Positions 57,803 to 64,000 of a DNA stretch of 64,000 bases are shown here, in pieces. A model generated the notes under the pieces. It ran no database searches. It was not told where the DNA came from and worked only from the letters and a program-made list of their open reading frames with translations. Positions within the stretch are counted from its first letter, which is position 1. Each line of letters starts with the position of its first letter. This DNA comes from Clostridia bacterium (GTDB taxonomy: Bacteria > Bacillota > Clostridia > UMGS1883), in contig JAZUCF010000012.1 of the NCBI GenBank assembly GCA_045638945.1, forward strand, positions 74,086 to 138,085, read 5' to 3'. A program made the position numbers and the translations under genes.

Positions 57803-58849
57803 ATGTTTAGGAGAAAACTACTTTTACTGCTATTAATAATTCCGCTGATACTCTGTGCCTGTTCCCAAGCTCCCCGCTCTGTCCTTTCCACAGAGAAAAT
57901 TGCGGAAAGCGTGGATAGTGCACAATTCCATTTTATTGATGTAGGTCAGGGAGACTGTACATTAATCAGAAGCGGCGATACATCAATCCTTGTTGACTGC
58001 GGTACATATGAAAGCGGAGGAAAACTCTGCGAATATTTACAAAACTTAGGAATAAAATCTATTGATTACCTTATCGGCACTCACCCCCACGAGGATCACC
58101 TTGGAGGAAGCAGTGCAGTGCTCAGGATGTTTGACGTCAAAAACGTATTTTTAAACGGGGAAATGTCCTCATCCTATTTTTTTGAAAGAATGGTAGACGT
58201 TCTTGAAGCAAAGAATATCACGCCATATATTCCCGATATTGGTGAAACGTACACTTCGGGACCTTTTGAGTTTGAATTTTTGTCGCCTGAAACAGATTTC
58301 GGAGATGAAAACCATAACTCGTTGGTAGTAATGGTAAAATACAAGGATATAAATACGCTTATAACAGGAGATATTGAAAGACCTGTAGAGTCTTATCTTG
58401 TAAACCACAATAAGGATTTATCCGCGGACATATTAAAGGTTGCACATCACGGAAGCAGAAACGGATCCTCATCAGAATTTCTGCGAGAGGTTAACCCCAC
58501 CATTGCAGTTATCCAGTGCGGAAAGGATAATTCCTATGGACACCCTCATTATGAAGTCTTAAAAAGATTTGAAAACACGCGTGCAAAAGTGCTGAGAACA
58601 GATGAGAATGGCACAATAGTTATCAGAACCGATGGTAAAACGCTCTATAACGCATCAGAGGAGGTTGTTTCCAAAAAGCCTGCGGAAAACGATGACAAGC
58701 AAAAGTGCTTTATAGGAAACATTAAATCCATGGTACTGCATTCCCCAAAATGCAGTAACCTACCCTCGGAAAACAACCGAATCTATTTTGATACAAAAGA
58801 AGAAGCACTTGATATGAAATATAAGCCTTGCGGAAACTGCAATCCATAA
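57803..58849 (+). CDS. secreted/lipoprotein-type ComEC-related MBL-fold hydrolase with C-terminal Ada-like Cys motif
   Basis: Signal peptide ending LILCAC. HPHEDH metallo-beta-lactamase motif. C-terminal VLHSPKC...YKPCGNCNP. Confidence 0.8.
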   Translation: MFRRKLLLLLLIIPLILCACSQAPRSVLSTEKIAESVDSAQFHFIDVGQGDCTLIRSGDTSILVDCGTYESGGKLCEYLQNLGIKSIDYLIGTHPHEDHLGGSSAVLRMFDVKNVFLNGEMSSSYFFERMVDVLEAKNITPYIPDIGETYTSGPFEFEFLSPETDFGDENHNSLVVMVKYKDINTLITGDIERPVESYLVNHNKDLSADILKVAHHGSRNGSSSEFLREVNPTIAVIQCGKDNSYGHPHYEVLKRFENTRAKVLRTDENGTIVIRTDGKTLYNASEEVVSKKPAENDDKQKCFIGNIKSMVLHSPKCSNLPSENNRIYFDTKEEALDMKYKPCGNCNP

Positions 58850-58868
58850 TTTTGAAAGGATGTTTTTT

Positions 58869-59486
58869 ATGAAAGCTATTTTATTTAACGGCAGTCCAAA
58901 GAAAAACGGATGTACATTTACTGCTCTTTCTATAATTGCAAAGGAGCTTGAAAAAGAAGGCATTGATACCGAAATTTTCCACGCTGGTGTTGCAACTAAG
59001 GGCTGTTTGGGATGCAATTACTGCGTAACTAACGGAAAATGTATTACTGACGACTGTGTAAACGAAGCCGCTAAGCTTCTTCCTGATGCTGATGGTGTTG
59101 TTTTCGGCACACCTGTTCATTATGCCGCAGCAAGCGGAATGATTACTTCTTTCCTTGACAGACTGTTCTATTCCGCAGGGGCAAATCTCAGACTTAAGCC
59201 CTGCGCCGTTATGGCAAGCTGCAGACGCGGAGGAAGCAGTTCTACCATTGACCAGCTTTTGAAATACCCCGAGTTTAAAGAAATGCCCATTGTAAATGCA
59301 CAGTACTGGACAATGGTACACGGAAATACTCCCGAAGAAATACTTAGGGACGAAGAAGGTGTCCAGACAATGCGTACATTAGGAAAAAATATGGCATGGC
59401 TTTTAAAATGCATAAAAGCAGGAGAAAATGCGGGAATAGAAAAACCTGCGGCAGAAGAAAAAATCAAAACAAATTTCATCAGATAA
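58869..59486 (+). CDS. iron-sulfur flavoprotein / NADPH-dependent FMN reductase family
   Basis: Flavodoxin-like fold (ILFNGSPKKNG) with a compact CxxCxxCx5C cluster motif (CLGCNYCVTNGKC). Confidence 0.75.
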   Translation: MKAILFNGSPKKNGCTFTALSIIAKELEKEGIDTEIFHAGVATKGCLGCNYCVTNGKCITDDCVNEAAKLLPDADGVVFGTPVHYAAASGMITSFLDRLFYSAGANLRLKPCAVMASCRRGGSSSTIDQLLKYPEFKEMPIVNAQYWTMVHGNTPEEILRDEEGVQTMRTLGKNMAWLLKCIKAGENAGIEKPAAEEKIKTNFIR

Positions 59487-59500
59487 GAGGATATGGTTTT

Positions 59501-60874
59501 ATGACAAAATTTGATTCTTTTAAAAAATATGTAACAGGAAAAAATATATCGGTAGTGGGAATCGGAATAAGCAATCTCCCCCTCATTAAATTTTTGCATG
59601 AAAACGGTGCAATCGTTACCGCGTGCGACAAAAAAAGCAAATCAGAGCTTGGCGATACGGCTCTGGAGCTTCTTTCCATGGGAATTAAGCTTAACTGTGG
59701 AGAAAACTATCTTGACAATTTATCGGGTGAAATAATTTTTAAAACTCCGGGGATGCGTTTTGACCTTCCTGCACTCGAAAAAGCCCGTAAAAACGGAAGC
59801 ATTGTCACAAGCGAAATGGAAGTATTCTTTGAGGTATGTCCTTCAAAAATAATTGCTGTAACAGGAAGCGACGGCAAAACTACAACGACTACGCTTATTT
59901 ATAACATTTTGAAAGAAAGCGGTTATAATTGCCATGTAGGGGGAAATATCGGCACTCCCCTGCTTTGCAAAACCAATGAAATTTCCCCTGATGACATAGC
60001 TATACTTGAGCTTTCAAGCTTCCAGCTTCACACGATGAAAAAAAGTGCGGATATTTCGGTTATAACAAATATGTCACCCAATCATTTAGATGTTCATAAA
60101 TCATACGAGGAATACATTGATGCCAAAAAGAACATATATCTACATGCCAACGAGGACAGTATCCTCGTTGTAAATAAGACAAATGAGAAATCCTATGAAT
60201 GTAAAAACGACGCAAAAGGAGCAGTGCGTGTATTTGGCTATGATAATGATTGTGACGTTTATTCAGACGGAGAATTTATCTATGTATCAGGCAAAAAGCT
60301 TTTGAGAATCAGCGATATAAAAATCCCCGGCGAGCACAACGTACAAAACTACATGTCAGCAATAGCCGCTACCTATCCTTTATATAAAGACGATGCAGTT
60401 ATCTCTGTAGCACGAAATTTTGGCGGTGTCCCCCACCGCATTGAATTTGTACGTGAATTTAACGGAGTAAGATACTATAACAGTTCAATCGATTCAAGCC
60501 CTAACAGAACAATTAACACGCTTAAGGTTTTTGATAAAGTAATTCTTATTACAGGCGGTAAGGATAAGGGTATCCCCTACGATGATTTGGGCGAGCATCT
60601 GGCTAAAAAAACAAAGCATATTGTTCTTATCGGAAAAACAGGCCCTATCATCAAAGAATCACTTGATAAATATATTGCAAAAACAGGTATTGGAAAGGAT
60701 ATTTGCACAGAATTTTGTACAACATATGAAGAAGCAGTCAATGCGGCAAAGCTCGCGGCAACTGAGGGTGATATTGTTTTACTTTCAAATGCAAGCACAA
60801 GCTTTGATATGTTTAAAAACTTTGAAGAAAGAGGAAATCTCTTTAAAGAAATCGTTAATAACATTAAGGATTGA
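59501..60874 (+). CDS. murD: UDP-N-acetylmuramoyl-L-alanine--D-glutamate ligase
   Basis: 457 aa from MTKFDSFKK. Mur ligase P-loop VTGSDGKTTT. The ORF-track start at 59396 overlaps the upstream gene. Confidence 0.9.
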   Translation: MTKFDSFKKYVTGKNISVVGIGISNLPLIKFLHENGAIVTACDKKSKSELGDTALELLSMGIKLNCGENYLDNLSGEIIFKTPGMRFDLPALEKARKNGSIVTSEMEVFFEVCPSKIIAVTGSDGKTTTTTLIYNILKESGYNCHVGGNIGTPLLCKTNEISPDDIAILELSSFQLHTMKKSADISVITNMSPNHLDVHKSYEEYIDAKKNIYLHANEDSILVVNKTNEKSYECKNDAKGAVRVFGYDNDCDVYSDGEFIYVSGKKLLRISDIKIPGEHNVQNYMSAIAATYPLYKDDAVISVARNFGGVPHRIEFVREFNGVRYYNSSIDSSPNRTINTLKVFDKVILITGGKDKGIPYDDLGEHLAKKTKHIVLIGKTGPIIKESLDKYIAKTGIGKDICTEFCTTYEEAVNAAKLAATEGDIVLLSNASTSFDMFKNFEERGNLFKEIVNNIKD

Positions 60875-60879
60875 TTTTT

Positions 60880-61914
60880 ATGAAAGCATCAGAATATTTA
60901 AAAATACTTGACGGTGAATTCGGCGTAAGCGGAAATGAATCAGGCATACGAAAATGCATAACAAAGCTGTTTTCGGAATTTTGTGAAAAAGTATACACCG
61001 ACATCCTTGGCAATGTTATAGGAATAAAAAAAGGTACAAACCCCTCTGCCCCCTCCTTAATGATTGAGGGGCATATGGACGAGCTTGGTTTTATGGTGAG
61101 CGATATTACCGATAGCGGAAGTATCAGATTTGTTCCTATAGGCGGCTTTGACCCGAAAATTCTTCCCGGAAGTGAAGTAACTGTTTGGGGAAAGGAAAAG
61201 CTGTTCGGGGTAATCGGAGCTACTCCCCCACATCTTCTTTCGGGAAAAAGCAAGGTTTCTAAAATTTCCGATTTATGCATTGATTTGGGTATGAGTAAGG
61301 AAAAAGCAGAGTCACTTGTAAGTATTGGTGATATAATTACTATGAATACTTTTTTTACTCCTCTTATGGGAGAAATGGTTGCCGCACGCTGTATTGATGA
61401 CCGCGGAGGTGTAGCAATCGTATTAAAAGCTTTAGAGATATTGTCTGCCTTTGAGCTTGAGAATGACATAATTGCCGTCGCTACAGTGCAGGAGGAAGTC
61501 GGGCTAAGGGGAGCAAAAACCGCAGCAGCACATATAAAGCCGAGTTGTGCCATAGCAATAGACGTCTGCCATGGGACATCTCCGGGGGTATCGGAGGATG
61601 CTTTTCCCTGCGGAAAGGGTCCCGTAATAACAATGGGACCAAATCTCCACAGCAAAATGACACGAAAAATGATTGAGATTGCAAGGCGTGACGACATTAA
61701 TCTTCAGCTTGAAGTATGCCGCGGCGATACAGGTACGGATGCATGGGAAATTCAGGTATCGGGTGCAGGTGTTCCTACGGCACTGCTTTCCGTTCCGCTG
61801 AGGTATATGCACTCAAACTATGAGGTATGCGATACAAACGACCTTGAAAGTGCCGCAAAGCTTATTGCTGCTTTTGCAGTACAGTTGAAAGAGGGTGAAT
61901 GCTTATGCTGGTAA
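60880..61914 (+). CDS. M42 family metallopeptidase (TET/FrvX/CelM-like), paralog 1
   Basis: HMDELGF, DDRGG and QEEVGLRGA motifs. Confidence 0.85.
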   Translation: MKASEYLKILDGEFGVSGNESGIRKCITKLFSEFCEKVYTDILGNVIGIKKGTNPSAPSLMIEGHMDELGFMVSDITDSGSIRFVPIGGFDPKILPGSEVTVWGKEKLFGVIGATPPHLLSGKSKVSKISDLCIDLGMSKEKAESLVSIGDIITMNTFFTPLMGEMVAARCIDDRGGVAIVLKALEILSAFELENDIIAVATVQEEVGLRGAKTAAAHIKPSCAIAIDVCHGTSPGVSEDAFPCGKGPVITMGPNLHSKMTRKMIEIARRDDINLQLEVCRGDTGTDAWEIQVSGAGVPTALLSVPLRYMHSNYEVCDTNDLESAAKLIAAFAVQLKEGECLCW

Positions 61915-62912
61915 AGGAGCTTGTTTCCCTTAATGCTCCGTCGGGATTTGAAGATGAAGTCCGCGATTTCATAAAAAGTAAAGTAGCTGCAGATGAATTC
62001 TACATTGATTCTATAGGGAACCTCATATGCAGAAAAAAAGGAAACGGCAAGAAGGTTATGGTCTGTGCCCATATGGATGAAGTTGGTTTTATTATAACAC
62101 AGGTAACAGATGCGGGCTTTTTAAGGTTTGAAACACTGGGTGGAATTGACACAAGTGTTTTAATCAGTAAAAAGGTGCTTATCGGAAAAGACAAATTACC
62201 CGGTATTATCGGAGCAAAAGCTGTTCATTTGCAAAGTGCAGACGAAGTCAACTCACCTATTAAAAAGAAGGATTTATATATTGATATCGGAGCCAAGGAT
62301 AAGGAAGAAGCCGAAAAGCTTGTATCAATGGGAGAATACGCCGTATTTGAAGGAGAATATACTGTTTTCGGAGAAAACATGATAAAAGCCAAAGCTCTTG
62401 ATGACCGCACAGGTTGTGCGATTCTGATAGAGCTTATGAAAGAAGAATATGAAAGCGATATGTACTTTGTATTCTCCGTACAGGAGGAGGTCGGTCTACG
62501 TGGTGCTAACGTTGCCGCTCATAATATAAATCCCGACATAGCCCTCGTTATTGAAGGAACAACCTGTTCCGATGTGAACGGCAGTAAACCTCATAATACA
62601 GTAACTACTACAGGCGGCGGTGCAGTTATGACAGCCGTTGACATGGCGGCTATTTCCGATAAAAATTATTTTGATTTTATAACAAAAATTGCGGCAGAAA
62701 ATAATATTAAGCTTCAGACAAAACGCACAACTGCCGGCGGAACGGACGCAGGAGCTATTCAAAGAAGCAACTCCGGAGTAAAAACCGCAGTGCTTGCTGT
62801 TCCCTGTAAGTATATTCATTCCGGTGTAAGCGTTATGAATTACGGTGATTTTGAAGCTGTTTATGAGCTTTCAAAAGCAGTGCTGAAAAACATTGAAAGG
62901 AGCGGTCTTTAA
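61899..62912 (+). CDS. M42 family metallopeptidase, paralog 2
   Basis: HMDEVGF, DDRTG and QEEVGLRGA motifs. The start could also be ATG 61905. Confidence 0.85.
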   Translation: MLMLVKELVSLNAPSGFEDEVRDFIKSKVAADEFYIDSIGNLICRKKGNGKKVMVCAHMDEVGFIITQVTDAGFLRFETLGGIDTSVLISKKVLIGKDKLPGIIGAKAVHLQSADEVNSPIKKKDLYIDIGAKDKEEAEKLVSMGEYAVFEGEYTVFGENMIKAKALDDRTGCAILIELMKEEYESDMYFVFSVQEEVGLRGANVAAHNINPDIALVIEGTTCSDVNGSKPHNTVTTTGGGAVMTAVDMAAISDKNYFDFITKIAAENNIKLQTKRTTAGGTDAGAIQRSNSGVKTAVLAVPCKYIHSGVSVMNYGDFEAVYELSKAVLKNIERSGL

Positions 62913-63907
62913 TGGAATTATTAAAAAAGCTTACTCTCTGCGTCGCCCCATCGGGACGGGAAAACGGAGTTCGTGATTTAATAGAATCCGAATTAAGTGC
63001 AGTTTGCGACGAAATATATACCGATGCTCTGGGTAACCTCATTTGCCATAAAAAGGGAAACGGCAAGAAGCTTATGCTTGCCGCTCATATGGACGAAATC
63101 GGATTTATGGTGACATATATTGACGATAACGGCTTTTTAAGATTTTCAACCATAGGCGGTGTGGCGAAACACAATACCATAAATTCACAGATAGAATTTA
63201 CAAATGGTACAAAAGGTAAAATTTCCTACGAAAGCAAAGAAAATCCATCATCTGTAGGTTTTGACAAAATGTATATAGACATCGGTGCTTGCGACAAAAA
63301 AGAAGCCGAATGCTCGGTGCAAATCGGTGACATGGCGACATATTCAGGAAATTTCCAGTTAATCGGTGGAAAAATCATGGCTAAAGCACTCGATGACCGA
63401 AGCGGATGCTGGGCACTTATCCGTGCAATGCAAAAGGCGAAAAACAGCCCGAATGATATTTATGCAGTTTTCACCGCACAGGAGGAAGTGGGACTTCGAG
63501 GTGCGAAAACCTCGTCAAATCTTATAAATCCCGATATGGCAATAGCAATTGATGTGTCAAACGTGGGAGATACCCCCGAGTCGGCAGAGTTAAATCTCAG
63601 GCTCGGAAAAGGTCCGGGTGTAAAATTAAAAGATGCTTCCTTTATTATCCATGAATCCGTTAAAAAGCTTCTTTTAGATGGGGCAAAGGAAAGCGGTATT
63701 CCCTATCAGCTTGAAGCGGCAAACATCGGAGGAACCGATGCAGGTGCAATACACCTTTCGGGAGGTGGAATAGCTTCTGGAACAATTTCCATTCCCACAC
63801 GCTATATTCACTCTTCAAGCGAAGTAATTGATAAATCAGACCTTGAAAATATGGTTACACTTTTGGAAAAAATAATAGAAAAAGACATTTGTGAATACTT
63901 GATATAA
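62912..63907 (+). CDS. M42 family metallopeptidase, paralog 3
   Basis: HMDEIGF, DDRSG and QEEVGLRGA motifs. TAATG stop/start overlap with paralog 2. Confidence 0.85.
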   Translation: MELLKKLTLCVAPSGRENGVRDLIESELSAVCDEIYTDALGNLICHKKGNGKKLMLAAHMDEIGFMVTYIDDNGFLRFSTIGGVAKHNTINSQIEFTNGTKGKISYESKENPSSVGFDKMYIDIGACDKKEAECSVQIGDMATYSGNFQLIGGKIMAKALDDRSGCWALIRAMQKAKNSPNDIYAVFTAQEEVGLRGAKTSSNLINPDMAIAIDVSNVGDTPESAELNLRLGKGPGVKLKDASFIIHESVKKLLLDGAKESGIPYQLEAANIGGTDAGAIHLSGGGIASGTISIPTRYIHSSSEVIDKSDLENMVTLLEKIIEKDICEYLI

Positions 63908-63931
63908 ATAGCACAAATAGATTCTATAATT

Positions 63932-63974
63932 AAAAGACATTCCTTTATAACAAAAAATAAAGAGAATGTCTTTT
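63932..63974 (+). terminator. intrinsic terminator after the M42 cluster
   Basis: AAAAGACATTCCTTTAT ... ATAAAGAGAATGTCTTTT stem with one bulge, followed by a T-rich tail. Confidence 0.7.
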
Positions 63975-64000
63975 ATATTTTCTTTATTGACAGGTTTTAA

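Noticed and set aside
60864-61697. 277-aa ORF on the minus strand
   Set aside because: It lies entirely antisense to the first M42 peptidase gene. The translation is S/P/I-rich and low-complexity, with no RBS and no recognisable motif. This is typical of a stop-free antisense frame in a codon-biased gene.

Overview
Low-GC, endospore-forming Firmicute (Clostridia-like) chromosomal core. Nearly every long ORF has a recognisable housekeeping or sporulation role. Left to right: end of spoIIAA-spoIIAB-sigF; AraC regulator with kdgK-eda; cotJABC; a zinc-ribbon membrane protein and an ABC-2 exporter; dacB-like PBP; esterase; thiamine pyrophosphokinase; a lone Xer-like recombinase; yebC; coaD-rsmD; NlpC/P60; spoIIGA-sigE; an orphan 508-aa protein; tRNA-Ser(GGA); ptsH-ptsI; trkH-trkA; dnaE; whiA-rapZ-murB-hprK; prfA; ispA-xseB-xseA-nusB; rseP-dxr-cdsA-uppS-frr-pyrH; AraC; a SpoVAE-like protein; tRNA-Leu(TAA); Fur/PerR-type regulator with reverse rubrerythrin; a cysteine-repeat protein; addB-addA; pyk; yunB; a second HPr; a ComEC-like MBL hydrolase; an iron-sulfur flavoprotein; murD; three tandem M42 peptidases. 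I found no CRISPR array, transposase, rRNA, prophage block or recognisable multi-gene defence or toxin system, so I cannot point to a convincing new multi-gene system. The least explained signal is just downstream of tRNA-Ser. There the tRNA 3' end plus its terminator is duplicated 201 bp away, bracketing a G+C-rich, hairpin-dense 150-bp insert. Other items worth a second look are the orphan 508-aa gene where sigG normally sits, a membrane protein with nine tandem CxxC...CxxC modules predicted outside the cell, an Eda-VOC fusion, an HPr paralog pair differing at Ser46, and several perfect palindromes in leader regions. Starts were refined by eye from RBS spacing and are less certain than stops.
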